DNA of 64,000 nucleotides from Eledone cirrhosa (taxonomy: Eukaryota): contig OZ024743.1 of the NCBI GenBank assembly GCA_964016885.1, positions 315,518,001 to 315,582,000 on the forward strand, in the 5' to 3' direction. This document shows, in pieces, positions 14,230 to 31,295 of this stretch. Position numbers and translations under genes: made by a program. The first letter of the stretch is position 1. Each line of letters begins with the position of its first letter. The notes under the pieces were generated by a model. That model worked only from the letters and a program-made list of their open reading frames with translations, ran no database searches and was not told where the DNA came from.

Positions 14230-15850
14230 TTTTCTTCGCCCACTTATTCCTGAGAAGTTTGTGGTTGCAGAGTTATCAAACACTCTTTCCAGCGGGTCCT
14301 GTAACAAGCAACTGATCCGGCTGGTCCTCAAGTGAGACCTGCTGAGCTCAGGGATGTTATCGAACCATCTTGCTTTGGGTCTAACACGGTGTCTACTGCC
14401 AATTGGTTTTGCCCGTAAAATCTGTCCAATGATTCGTCCCTGGGACATTCTAATGACATGTTCATAGTACCAGAGCAGTGATCTCTCAATTTGAAGTAGT
14501 AGCGGCTCAACCTGCAGCGAGTCTATGATCTTCGAGCTACGCACTCTATCGAGTAACGTTACTCCAAATGTCCTTCGGATGAATCCCATTTCAGCTGCTT
14601 GTATTCACGATTCGCATTCTTTACCCAACATTCATAACCATAAGTAAAGATTGGCACGAAAACCGAATTAAGGGTAGCGAGTTTGGCTTTTACACCTACC
14701 TCTCTTCTGCATTACTGCTCCAGCTGCTGCAATTTTTGCACCTTATTCAGCCTTCCGGCTTCCATCACTCGGGAACACGACCTCGAGATACTCGAACTTC
14801 TCCACCTGCTTCTGTGGAACTTTATTCATATGTAGAATGCACTGTGCAGGCTTGCGTGAGAGGAAGAGTGTCTCAGTTTTCGCAGCAGTGATTTTCATTC
14901 CAGCCATGCAGCACTCATCATCAAACCTATAAAATGCAAGTCGTAGATCACTTTTTGTCACGTTAAGTAACAGCATATCGTCTGCAAATTCCAGTTGACT
15001 GATTTTACACGTTCCAGTCATGATACCACTTCCAACCCGGCATGTAAATAATGTACATGTGGTGACAGAGTGCACACTCTTGGCGGAGTCCAAATCCCAC
15101 ATTGAATAGTTTTGATTTACAACCATTTATCGGTCATTTGTATAGAGACGTCAGGGCAACAAGAAGCTGACCATCAGTTCCGTGCTTCTGCACAACTTTC
15201 TAGGTCCCGTGGAACGTGGTCATATGGCTTTTCGAGGTCTACAAAGCAACAATATACATCTTGGCAATGCTCCAACGATTCCTCGAAGACATACAGCAGT
15301 GTGAATACTTGGTCGGTTGCGTCCGGTTATATCCGGAGCGAAAACCATATTGTTCATAAGCTAGCTTTGACTAAACAATCTCCCTACATCTCTTTGCCAG
15401 AAACTTAAAGACTTTTCCGGCGGTTTAACAAGGAGATCCTTCTATAATTGTAGCAATCTCTCTTATCTCACTTTTTGACAATTAGGATAATATCACTCCT
15501 GACTGCCATTGCTTAGGTGCCTTTTCAGAGATGCGGAACCTACGAGTCAGTCTTCTCTATTTAAGACTTTTAACATCTCGGACAGAATTTCATTCTGCCA
15601 TGTTTGAGCTCTTTAATTGCCTTTGTGACCTCAGCCTCTAAGGGATTACTCATCGTTCCCAGACGCACCTCGTGTAAATCAGACGATCCTGTTGTGGTCG
15701 TGTTTAGGAGATAAGTAAAATATTCTGTCCACCTCACAAGGACACACCTCTAATAAGAGAAGAATCCCAGACAGATTCCTGATAGCAGATCTGGCGGAGG
15801 ACTTATTACGAAGTTGACGTACCTGGTCCTGATATCCTTATCCACCAATG
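14230..15850 (-). mobile_element. RTE (Expander/Rex3-like) LINE, degraded RT and 3' end
   Basis: CFVDLEKPYDHVPR, QLEFADDMLLL, KQVEKFEYLEVVFPSDG, VEPLLLQIERSLLW, with frameshifts and stops. Confidence 0.85.
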
Positions 15851-16049
15851 CTTCTCACATTATCCTGTAGGTAGACCTGGACTTCTTTGGCTTTAGTAAG
15901 TCTCAGGTTACCGTTACAGCTTAGAAAGAGTGACGTCACAATTCATTTCTGCAGCTGAGTAAACTGTAGCAACGTGAAATGAATTGTCTTGCTCATAACG
16001 TCTCCATTGCAGCCTCAACGCTCTAACCATTAACATGTGCCTTCAACAT

Positions 16050-16705
16050 ATGTTAACCTGCGTCTTCCACTTCCGGTGTGTCCATGCAGGGGCTGCCACA
16101 GGAGTACTGAGTGCAGTGTCAACTCTGGATGTCGGTGAACATGTCCAGATAACCTCAGTCTCCTCTGTGTCACTTTCGAGCTGACTGTTGGGATTCAGCC
16201 CGGGATGGAGAAGAAGCTTAGGGACAACGAGAACGGCTTCAGAGAGGGAAGATCAACCACCAGTCACACCCAAACAAACAATATTGACTTAAGAAAAATA
16301 TAAATAAATAAATAAATATATACACAAGCACAATAACAACAAACACATATAAACACACACCATTAAACTAAGATAGAATAAAATAACCAAAACACAGTCA
16401 CCCAAACACGAACACACGCACCAAACGCTATACACACACACAAGCGCATGCGCAGAGAAGAAGACAAAAATAAATAAATAAATAGACAGCTAAAATAAAA
16501 ATGGCGTAGACATACAATACAACAGGAGGAACATAATAGTACCACTGATGATGTTGCAGATGTGCACAGAAGAACTTTGTTAGACTATATATATGTATTT
16601 TTATGTATTATTGACCATTGGTCAGTCAATGATAAACATTGAGGACCAAATGAATTAACTGTGCAGATATAACAGATACAGGAGCGAAAACCAACCAAAC
16701 AGTGA

Positions 16706-16710
<5 letters not shown>
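16050..16710 (+). mobile_element. Chimeric repeat: rearranged RTE fragment joined to a PLE pseudo-LTR (family F) with HHR-like motif at ~16536-16588
   Basis: Inverted homolog at 21290-21960. The RTE peptides RRLRLSGHVHRHPE (-) and EKKLRDNENGFREGRSTTSH (+) abut. The pLTR part resembles 45700-45960. Confidence 0.7.
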
Positions 16711-16738
<28 letters not shown>

Positions 16739-16769
16739 ACTCAGAAATGATATATATGTAAGAGTCAGA

Positions 16770-17133
16770 AATGAAATTTCGTTTAATTCTTATCCATTTA
16801 TCGTTTTTGGTATACCCGGCCGACTAACTCACTCGATATACAAATTAGGCTGCTCAGCCGTTAATATGCATAAGGAGCGTTCAATCATCTGACAGAAAGG
16901 TATACGATACTGACGATAGCTAATAAGCTTGAAACTAGTACATCGTTGCTGTGTCAGTGTTGAACAAAAGGGCGACGATGTTTGCCAACGCACTGTACGG
17001 CGTAATTTGGGCTGTTTGTTTAAAACAAACCGAACATTATAATGAATGTTCGGTAAACCCATACGTACATATATATGTGTGCCTGTATGTATACATATAC
17101 ATACTACTGTGCGTCTGTATGTACGTATACATA

Positions 17134-17137
<4 letters not shown>
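16770..17137 (+). mobile_element. Family B retrozyme-like copy; HHR at 16904-16946 (+)
   Basis: ACGATA CTGACGA TAGCT-AATA-AGCTT GAAA CTAG TA CATCGT. Confidence 0.85.
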
Positions 17138-17169
<32 letters not shown>

Positions 17170-17171
<2 letters not shown>

Positions 17172-19935
17172 AAAAATTAGGACACCGACGCCAGAGCTCA
17201 AGCCGTTTCGACGGCTATTTCTGGACTAAATTAGAATTTTTAGCCTAGTGAATAAATAGCCGAACTTTTCAAGGGGGTACTTCCTTATATGGGAAGATTG
17301 TAGTTGTCAAGAGGATTGGTGAAAATTTGTTGCAAACACAAATAAGTCTTATCGTGGCATTTGGTGGGAGGTGGGGGTGGCTGAACTTGCCTGTAGAACA
17401 ATAGGGGAGTGACAGGAGCGGTCAAGCGTTGAAAGTGATATGTATACAGCAGATTCTGAGGATAGAGTATGAAGTGGAGGAGGGAGGTTATGGAATAGGT
17501 CAATCTAATGAGGGTAGGGGACAATAAAAGATAATAGAACGAAATAAAAAAATATATAAAATTAGATAGTGAGAAATGAATAAAAAAAATCACAATGCTA
17601 TCTTACAATTACAGGTTAATAAGTTGAGAAAAAACTAGTAGAAAAAACTAGTAGAAATTGAGTCAGAACTGATACAGAATTAAAAGGATTTTAACACGTC
17701 TGCTATAAGTAGTTAGTAAAACGTATTCAACGAATACTATCTTAAGATTACAGGGGTGGGGGAACTGATGCTACAGAGGCCCGATGGGCTGCATCAGGAT
17801 AGGCGAAGGGGAAAAGCAGACGAGGAAGAAAATAGGGGTGGAAGGAAGTGATAGGATGAGACAGGGGGAAGAAGAAGACAAAGAGGAAAAGAAAAGAAAA
17901 GAGATACATCTACCTAAGTAAGCTGGAGTTTCCCTAACTTATTCGGCAAGTAGGGGGGTATCAGCCCTTGTCTACGGGTCGTTATGGGGTTTGAGGGCGA
18001 GGTAAGTCCTACGCAATCTGTGTTTGCATGTGGTTACCAGTTCCTCTTTCCTGTTTAGGAGTTGGTCATTTGAAAACAGCATTTGTAATGTTTCCTCAGA
18101 GCATAATTTACACGGACGGCGTCCTCCCGTGTAAGAGTTAGATTTGGACAGTAAGCTCCAAGTGATATTGTCGGTTATCTTGAAGGTCCCAGATGTGGCC
18201 CGAATGTGTAGTGGCATGTCGCTCGATCGGGTTTCGGAAAGTATGTCGGTGTTGGTAGAGCCGGGTCTTGAAGTCACACGCGGTTAATCCTATATAAGCT
18301 TTGTTGGACGTGTCCGTCCTCACGTTACACTGGTAGATCACGTTACGTTCTCGGAATTTGTTGTTGAGGGGGCACGTAGATCTATCAGGGCAGTTTCACC
18401 TCCTGGTCGGCTGTCCACTGATGGTTATTTCTTCCATAGGGGTTGAGTTTTTTTGTTGTTTGAGGAGACGACGTTTTGTGCGAAGTTAGGTGTGGTGCTG
18501 TAGGAGAGTTTGGTGGTGTTTTTGTTGATTATGTTGTGGTAGCAGTGTTGTAGTGGAAAGTGTTTTTCGAGGAGTCTAAAGAAGATTTTCCCGATAGATG
18601 TTGCCACCTCGGTATTATGGGGAGGATTGAACCACGTTACGTTGCGTGAGCGGCGGTGTCGCCTGGTGGATCCGCTAAGGGAAGCTGGATAAAAGGTTAT
18701 TTCCTCCCGGAAGCCACTCCGCTTGAGGGCCTGATTGTAATGAGCCGCGTGTTTGTCTAATATCTGCTCATTAGCGGACAAACGAGATATGCGGAGGGAG
18801 ATATTTTTAACCAGGTTATTGGTGATGTGTCTAGGATGGTTAGAGCGGCAGTGGATGTAGTGCAGGTTGTTGTTTGGTTTCCTGTATGGGTAGTACAGAT
18901 CATTTTCGAGGTTACGGGTAACGTCCAGGAAATTGACTTGGGTTAGGGACGTTTGTAGGGTGATTTTAAATCCTCAGTCCCGGAAGAAGTTGCTTAGTTG
19001 TTTACGGACCCGGTCTGTACCACTGGCGTTGTACCCTTTGAGGGTGAGGAGCCCATCATCCCGGTACAATCCACCGCCGAATGCAGGAAACATTTCGGTG
19101 AGTTTAAATAGTAGGAATAATCCTATAAGATCTGTGACCTCGGCCGAATCCGTCGCGCCCATACTGACGTCGAAGGGGGAGTCGGGAGCTCTCTTCATCC
19201 ACTGGGAGTTGTCGAAAAGTCTCGTCTGCTTTTCCCCCTCGCTTACCCCGATGCAGCCCATCGGGCCTCTGTAGCATCAGTTCCCCCACCCCTGTAATCT
19301 TCAGATAGAATTAGACGAATACGTTTTGCTAACTACTTATAGCAGACGTGTTAAAACCCCTTTAATTCTGTATCAGTTCTGGTACTACTCAATTTCTACT
19401 AGTTTTTTCTATTCTCAACTTATTAACCTGTAATTGTAAGATAGCATTGTGATTTTTTTTATTCATTGCTCACTATCTAATTTTATATATTTTTTTATTT
19501 CGTACTATTATCTTTTATTGTCTCCTACTCTCATTCAATTTACCTATTCTATATCCTCCCTCCTCCACTTCATACTCTATCCACAGAATCTGCTGTAAAC
19601 ATATCACTTTCAACGCTTGACCGGTCCTGTCACTCCCCTATTGTTCTACAGACAAGTTCAGCCACCCCCACCTCCTACCAAATGCCACGATAAGACTTAT
19701 TTGTGTTTGCAACAAATTTTCACCAATCCTCTTGACAACTACAATCTTCCCATAAAAGGAAGTACCCCCCTTGAAAAGTTCGGCTATTTATTCACCAGGC
19801 TAAAAATTCTAATTTAGTCCAGAAATAGCCGTCGAAACTGCTTCAGCTCTGCAGTCGGGATCATACTTTTTCCTATTTCCCACTCTACTACCCTAAGTAT
19901 TGAGTACTTTGGTGCGTTATGGTCTATCTGGTTAC
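17170..19935 (-). mobile_element. 5'-truncated PLE (Hydra-clade-like): RT C-half plus GIY-YIG (17972-19220), 3' pLTR (17170-17824), inverted pLTR (19221-19935)
   Basis: GGGLYRDDGLL, WFNPPH, IYQCNV...YIGLTACDFKTRLYQHRHTF, CKLCSEE...LLNRKEELVTTCKH. ~650-bp inverted repeats with (TA)n on both sides. HHRs at -17182-17279 and +19766-19860. Confidence 0.92.
19766..19860 (+). ncRNA. Family A hammerhead, U3-A8 core
   Basis: CCC TTGAAAA GTTCGGCTATTT...AAATAGCCGTC GAAA CTGC-TTCAGCTCT-GCAG TC GGG. Stem III differs from the 697-790 copy but remains paired. Confidence 0.75.
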
Positions 19936-19950
19936 TTACAACAATTCCTT

Positions 19951-20027
<77 letters not shown>

Positions 20028-20030
<3 letters not shown>

Positions 20031-21215
20031 TTAGTATATCTACCAACATATGTATACAGATATATACTCATGCTAGCAAATATATATGTTATGTCTTAGT
20101 ACCTTTGTGGTTCTATGCAGGGGGATGCACAACAATTATATGAAAGACGTAAAATAAGAAAATTTTAAAAATTAAAATTAAAATTAAAATTAAAATTAAC
20201 TTACTAAAATTTTCACTCCAACTAATTAGTTTCTGTAAGGGAATAAATATAGTTACGTAATGTAACTATAGAAAAGTCCTTACGTCATCAGAGAGTCTAT
20301 TCTCAGCTAAGTCCCCAGGCAATGCGCGGACACTAGGAACCCATATAAAAATAATAATTCAGTGGATGGAACAAAGCTAGCGGGGACTAAATTCCATGGC
20401 ACTGAAAAAATTCACTGCCTACTTGGTCAGTGGCAAATTCTAAAGAATCAATCACGTGACACTGAGGTTAATCAGTGAGGAGGGGGGTGGTATTATGACA
20501 AGAACCTCACTACTACCATGAACCATAGCAGTAAATGTTGGCAAGTTTCGCTCAACAAATAATTTGGAGATAAATAACGTATCTATATTTATTCCCTTAC
20601 AGAAACTAATTAGTTGGAGTGAAAATTTTAGTAAGTTAATTTTTAATTTTTAAAATGTTCTTATTTTACGTCTTTCATATAATTGTTCTACATCCCCCTG
20701 CATAGAACCACAAAGACTAAGACATAACATATATATTTGCTAGCATGGGTATACATCTGTATACATATGTTGGTAGATATACTAATTCTCTATATTTATC
20801 TCCAAATTAGTTGTTGAGCGAAACTTGCCAAAATGTACTGCTATGGTTCATGGTAGTAGTGAGGCTCTTGTCATAATACCACCCCACTCCTCACTGATTA
20901 ACCTCAGTGTCACGTGATTGATTCTTTAGAATTTGCCACTGACCAAGTAGGCAGTGAATTTTTTCAGTGCCTTGGAATTTAGTCCCCGCTAGCTTTGTTC
21001 CATCCACTGAATTATTATTTTTATATGGGTTCCTAGTTTCCGCGCATTGCCTGGGAACTTAGCTTAGAATAGACTCCCTGATGATGTAAGGACTTCTCTA
21101 TAGTTACATTACGTAACTATATTTATTCCCTTACAGAAACTAATTAGTTGGAGTGAAACTTTTAGTAAGTAAGTTAATTTTTAATTTTTAAAATTTTCTT
21201 ATTTTACGTCCTTCA
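20028..21215. mobile_element. Family G ~534-bp retrozyme-like unit: one minus copy plus a permuted ~1.2-mer plus copy; HHRs at -20215-20296 and +21073-21154
   Basis: ACTCC CTGATGA TGTAAGG...CCTTACA GAAA CTAATTAG TT GGAGT. atttattcccttacagaaac recurs at 20587 and 21121. Confidence 0.85.
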
Positions 21216-21229
21216 TATATATATATATA

Positions 21230-22070
21230 TATTGTTATACTTGAGGAGGATCATATTGTTGTAATAATATTGCCAGAAATAATAACAGAACACAATCACT
21301 GTTTGGTTGGTTTTTGCTCCTTTATCTGTTATATCTCTACAGTTAATTCATTTGGTCCTCAATGTTTATCATTGACTGACCAATGGTCAATAATACAGAT
21401 AAAAATACATATATATAGTCTAACAAAATTCTTTTGTTGCACATCTGCAACATCATCAGTGGTACTATTATGTTCCTCCTGTTGTATTGTATGTCTACGC
21501 CATTTTTATTTTAGCTGTCTATTTATTTATTTATTTTTGTCTTGTTCTCTGCGCATACGTTTGTGTGTGTGTATAGTGTTTGGTGCGTGTGTTTGCGTTT
21601 GGATGACTGTGTTTTGGTTATTTTATTCTATCTTAGTTTCCTGGTGTGTGTTTATATGTGTTTGTTGTTATTGTGCTTGTGTATATATTTATTTATTTAT
21701 TTATATTTTTCTTAAGTCAATATTGTTTGTTTGGGTGTGACTGGTGGTTGATCTTCCCTCTCTGAAGCCGTTCTTGTTGTCCCTGAGCTTCTTCTCCACC
21801 CCGGGCTGAATCCCAACAGTCAGCTCGAAAGTGACACAGAGGAGACTGAGGTTAGCTGGACATGCTCCCCAACATCCAGAGTTGACACTGCACTTAGTAC
21901 TCCTGTGGCAACCCCTGCATGGACACACTGGAAAATGAAGACCGAGGTTATCATATGTTGATGCTCTAAGAACAGACACTGGTCTCTTGAAGACACAGGA
22001 CATGGCGGCGATAATAAGGGACAGAGACCACTGGAGAGAACTCGCCCATGGATCTCGGCAATTTTGGCCC

Positions 22071-22075
<5 letters not shown>
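21230..22075 (-). mobile_element. Inverted second copy of the RTE/pLTR chimera, extended to the RTE 3' end
   Basis: Reverse complement of 16050-16710. The plus strand continues YVDALRTDTGLLKTQDMAAIIRDRDHWREL to (TA)n. Confidence 0.75.
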
Positions 22076-25111
<3,036 letters not shown>

Positions 25112-25485
25112 TGGCTGCCAACTGTGGTTTTCAAGTACGGCCACTACTTTATATCCATGTAGGAGAACCCTTACCGATGCGCTGAACGAGTGTGACTTTT
25201 TAGTCCAGCCAGCGACTTGAAAACTCTGGTACAAAGACTACACTTGTGACAATTACTTACACATAGTGCTGGGCCCACTATGTTCTCTAATATTCTCTTC
25301 TAATTAATATACACCTTAACTTTTTTATATACTCTTTATCATATTTTTTCTAGCATGAAGTAGTCTAGGAGTGAAACCGGTACTAAAATTTATTTCTTTT
25401 TAAATGTGTTTCTGTTTTTTTATGAGAAAATTCTATTAGCATTTTCTAATGATTTATTATTTTCCTAATATATGTAGATATACAT

Positions 25486-25529
<44 letters not shown>

Positions 25530-25971
25530 GGGGGGAAGAGAGATGATAATTTGTTATCTATATATACGTAATAGAATCAACAGAAACTGCAAATGTGTAT
25601 ACAAATTCGCACATTTTCGTATATAGACATGTAAACATGCCAAACACGTATTACCTTGTACATTGATAAACCTTTAACATATTTTCAAGTCTAATTAGGT
25701 TTTCATCAGCAGACACGTATATCGTGTATACAACCACAAAGACACACGAAATTGAGGGGCTTCTATACTCTATCACATACATTAGTATTCTGAAATGGAC
25801 GTACTATACTGAATATTATTAACGCTTGTGTTGGTAGTTAATAAAAAATACATATTAATTTGTGCGCTTTGCAACTTAAGTGTACGATAAATTTATATCT
25901 GCATATATGGAATAGAAGTAACCGAGACGAATCTGTTCACGTGTCAATATACTAAAAATATACTAAAAATA

Positions 25972-26460
25972 CAGGCGGCGTATTGGCAGAGGCGTTAGAA
26001 CGTCGGATAGAGTGCTTTGCAGTATTCCTTCCGGCTCTCTGCTCTCTGAATTCAAATCCTACTGAAGTCAATTTTGCCTTTCATCCTTTTGAGGTCGATA
26101 AAATGTACCAATCCAGTAAAATGTTTCGTTAGCTTATGCTATGGTTTACACGAAGCTGTGGTTGGATCTGAGTTTACATTAAGGACATTTGCATTAGTAA
26201 GATTTGTTACAACAGAAATTTTAAATCCGAAAGGTGTATATTCCGTGTATGAACTTAAATAATATAATTTTTTCTACATTTGGCACGAGGCCAGCAATTA
26301 TCCAGTGTATTACTGGTGCTTTATTTTATCGACCCTGTAAGGATGAAAGGCAAAGTTAACCTCGGCGGGATTTGAAATCAGACCATAAAGAGACGTAACT
26401 CTATACTGCAAAGCATGGTGTCCGACCCTCTACCAATCCTGCCAACCCAGCGCCCTGAAC
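25972..26460. mobile_element. Two tRNA-derived SINEs in opposite orientation (+25972-26120, -26270-26455)
   Basis: A/B-box-like tggcagag..gttagaa and gaattcaaatcc; core ttgcctttcatcctt..ggtcgataaa. Confidence 0.8.
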
Positions 26461-26697
26461 TTAAATAATATAATATCTATTCTCTCTTCCCAATTGAGCA
26501 CTGTTTTCCTCTCTCCTTTTTCACACCTTCTGATATTGCTATTAATACAAACACACACAAACACAAATATATATATATATATTTTTTTCTTTTTTGTCGA
26601 TCGACAATATAGAATATATATATATATATGTATAAAATATATATATGTGTGTATATATAAAATATATATATGTATGTATGGGATATATATATGTATA

Positions 26698-26760
<63 letters not shown>

Positions 26761-26763
<3 letters not shown>

Positions 26764-27727
26764 TAAGAATAATGAGTTCTAAACTCAAGCAGTCCTTTAC
26801 AATGAAATAGCTCAAAGAAAGAAGTATTTCTGAGCCGTGTAATACAAGTCAATATAAATTAATATATATGATAAAACACAAATACCAACATATAAGTGTT
26901 TGTATTGTAAATGACTAAGTTAGCTAGATTGAAAAATACTAATTATAATAATACAGTTTGCCTGTCTCGATTTAAAATAATAAATCAATAAAAACAAACG
27001 ATATTGGCCAATGGCCGTGGTACTTGGACAAATTTAAATTTCAAAATCAAACCTGTTCCGTAGATAAGTTTAAACTTCAAAATCCAAATAAGTTTCGAAA
27101 TGAAAAAGTGAAAAAATACCCCGTTCAGCTCTCCTTAGCAAGTACCCTGAACAATTGGTATGTTTCACTTCAAAATATTTTAAAAGACTGTTTAACGCAC
27201 ATGGTTTTCCAGTTACTAGCTGCCGCATACTCGTTCTGCTAGAAATAACAGCCGTTTATATGGGGCTAAAGTTAGCTCTACATAAGGAGCAGTGATACTA
27301 AGAATAATGAGTTCTAAACTCAAGCAGTCCTTTACAATGAAATAGCTCAAAGAAAGAAGTATTTCTGAGCCGTGTAATACAAGTTAATATAAATTAATAT
27401 ATATGATAAAACACAAATACCAACATATAAGTGTTTGTATTATAAATGACTAAGTTAGCTAGATTGAAAAATACTAATTATAATAATACAGTTTGCCTGT
27501 CTCGATTTAAAATAATAAATCAATAAAAACCAACGATATTGGCAAATGGCCGTGGTACTTGGACAAATTTAAATTTGAAACCAAATTTAAATTTCAAAAT
27601 TGAGACAGGCAAACTGTATTATTATAATTGGTATTTTTCAATCTAGCTAACTTAGTCATTTACAATACAAACACGTATATGTTGGTATTTGTGTTTTATC
27701 ATATATATTAATTTATATTAACTTGTA
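26761..27727. repeat. 535-bp unit as a ~1.5-mer tandem plus an inverted terminal segment, in (TA)n
   Basis: tactaagaataatgag at 26761 and 27296. 27580-27727 is the reverse complement of part of the unit. Confidence 0.85.
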
Positions 27728-27928
27728 TATATATATATATATATATATAAGAGATATATATATGTGTATATGTATGATATATATATCTATATCTATATGT
27801 ATAGGATATATATATGTATAGGATATATGTATGTATAGGATATATATATGTATATGTATAGGATATATATAATATATGTATAGGGTATATATAGTATATA
27901 TAGTATATATATATATAGTATGTATAGG

Positions 27929-27969
<41 letters not shown>

Positions 27970-27970
<1 letters not shown>

Positions 27971-29254
27971 CTTAAGGTTTGTTGGTTCACCACTGGATAG
28001 AACTGGTCATTCCGTATGGTCAATCCTGGTGTAATATTGTGAAGAGTACTCAACGCAGTGCAGTTCACCCATCTTCGTTTGTGTAGTTGGTGGTGCGAAT
28101 ACGGAGTTAATTATAAATGAAATAAGAGGAGGCTGGACTGGTGTAAATCCTTGAAAGGTTTATTATACTATGATCATTTCCATGACTGGGTTCCATATGA
28201 ATCCGGTGATATCATCAGGTATTGGAATATAACAAAGGAATATGTAAAAAGCCATGCGTCCGAAATACCATGGGTCCGAGAAACCAGAGACAGAGAGGGC
28301 GGCTGACCAACTAGCTTCACAGCCAGCCGCCCTCAAAGTGTTGGCAACCGAAAACTACCAGTGAATATCTGGTAAGGGGGCGCAGGCCTATCATGTACTA
28401 CCACCACTTCGTCAAAGAAAAAGGGGAAGAAAGAAAGAAAGGGAGAAGAAGTGTAGTGTAAGGGTCAAACTACATTCATGTTAGAAAATGCCGCGAAAAA
28501 AATGCTACCCAAAGAATCTATAGTGGGTGTCTGTATGGTCTAATGTGTGAACCGAAGATTGAAACGCTAAACTTATGTTGCGAGTTATAGGATGAAATAA
28601 TTTAAATTAAAAATATTATATTGCAAAATGGTAAATTGAAAAATATTTAACTCTTATCGAGATAAATTTAAAAAAACAACAAAAACAATTGTTCATATAA
28701 GACTCTCTCCGTAAGTTCGTTAAATAAATAAATCTCGCTACCTCTATTTTTGAATTTACCATTTTGCAATATAATATTTTTAATTTAATTTATTTCATCC
28801 TATAACTCCAATCTTCGGTTCACACATTAGACCATACAGACACCCACTATAGATTCTTTGGGTGGCATTTTTTTCGCAGCATTTTCTAACATGAATGTAG
28901 TTTGACCCTTACACTACACTTCTTCTCCCTTTCTTTCTTTCTTCCCCTTCTTCTTTGACGGAGTGGTGGTAGTAAATGATAAGCCTGCGCCCCCTTACCA
29001 GATATTCACTGGTAGTTTTCGGTTGCCAACACTTTGAGGGCGGCTGGCTGTGAAGCTAGTTGGTCAGCCGCTCTCTCTGTCTCTGGTTTCTTGGACCCAT
29101 GGTTTTTCGGACGCATGGCTTTTTACATATTCCTTTGTTATATTCCAATACCTGATGATATCACCGGATTCATATGGAACCCAGTCATGGAAATGATCAT
29201 AGTATAATAAACCTTTCAAGGATTTACACCAGTCCAGCCTCCTGTTATTTCATT

Positions 29255-29255
<1 letters not shown>
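27970..29255. mobile_element. Family I fold-back element (~510-bp arms) with HHRs at -28165-28222 and +29148-29205
   Basis: ATAC CTGATGA TATCACCGGATTCA..TGGAACCCAGTCATG GAAA TGATCA TA GTAT. Arms 28115-28645 and 28748-29255 are near-perfect inverted copies. Confidence 0.85.
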
Positions 29256-29346
<91 letters not shown>

Positions 29347-29350
29347 GGAG

Positions 29351-29383
<33 letters not shown>

Positions 29384-29563
29384 TATGTGTATAGGATATA
29401 TATAATATATGTATAGGGTATATATAGTATATATATATATTGGATGTATATGATATATGTGTGGGATATATATATATATATGGTATATGTATAAAATATA
29501 TATAGTGAATATATAAATTGTATATATAGTATGTATATAAAATATATATATGGTATATGTATA

Positions 29564-29625
<62 letters not shown>

Positions 29626-29961
29626 TATATGTGTATATGATGTATATATATGTATGTGCATGAAATACATATATATGTGTGTATAGAATATATATATATG
29701 TATATGTATAAAATATATTTGTGTATATGTGTAAAATATATGTATGTATATGTAAAATATATATATATGTGTATATAAAATATATATATGTATGTATATA
29801 AAATATATATATATGTGTAAAATATATATATGTGTGTATATGAAATATATATATATGTATGTATAATGTGTATGTGTGTATAAAATCAAAAGTATATATA
29901 TGTAAAATATATATGTGTGCGTGTATAATATGTATATATGTGTATAGTGTATATATATATA

Positions 29962-30043
<82 letters not shown>

Positions 30044-30184
30044 GGATACTATTTATAGTTATGTATATTTTAAACTTTTTATATTTATGTATATTTTAAA
30101 CTATAAACAGGGAAGGTCAGTAATGTATTACTACCTTATTACCAGTAAGATAAATAGCTCAATCAGTTGTTTTACAGAGCAGGT

Positions 30185-30542
30185 ATATAGAATTCACAAG
30201 AATCAAAGCTATGTCAAAGCATTTTTTCACTTACAATTGTTTCACCCAAACCTAGGCTTGGTGTCTTCGGAGCATTTTTCAATGCTTGTACATATAATTG
30301 ACCTCCTATCCAACGCAAGAGTCATACAGATACATATATATATATTGATGTACAGTGGAGTGACATATATTATACTATACTGTACATCAATATATATAAT
30401 ATGTATCTGTATGTCTCTTGCGTTGGATAGGAGGTCAATTATATGTACAAGCATTGAAAAATGCTCCGAAGACACAAGCCTAGGTTTGGATGAAACAATT
30501 GTAAGTGAATAAATGCTTTGAACATAGCTTTGATTCTTGTGA

Positions 30543-30550
<8 letters not shown>
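30185..30550. mobile_element. Family J fold-back with CCGAAGA-core HHR-like motifs (-30229-30273, +30461-30506)
   Basis: GCT CCGAAGA CAC(C)AAGC-CTAG-GTTTGG(G/A)T GAAA CAATTG TA AGT in both arms. Confidence 0.7.
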
Positions 30551-30603
<53 letters not shown>

Positions 30604-30653
30604 TATATGGTGTGTATATATATATAATATATATAAAATGTGTGTGGGGGGTA

Positions 30654-30726
<73 letters not shown>

Positions 30727-31171
30727 ATGTGTGTGTGTATATATGTATGTGTTGATATGTGTGTGTGTGTGTATGTATATAATATATATGGACTGTAAAT
30801 ATATTTACATATCGGGAAGTGAATATGTGAGCTAGCATGCCCCCCTCCCCACACACACCCACACACACTTCTCTCCCAAACCAATATCAACAACACATCT
30901 TTGACAAATGCTCCAAAACTATCCTTCTTTTCTCCTTTCACTGTCATCCCATTCTTATCAAAAGACACCTCATTAAAGCCCAGACACGGACCTAAATTTA
31001 TCTTTGACATAGAAATTTGTAGAAGATATTCTTTATGAATTTAAAAGATTTGATTCAGTTATGCCATTATATACTCATCAAAGGTCAGCTAATGAAATAA
31101 AACCAGCAGGGGGAGGTGTTTACAACCACATTCAGAAACACCCTTATATTGCAACCTCACCATTTTCTCAG

Positions 31172-31295
<124 letters not shown>

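Noticed and set aside
25345-25390. GAAACCGGTA HHR 3' half (similar halves at ~13812-13825 and ~60147-60165)
   Set aside because: The 5' core is missing or too degenerate to support a call.
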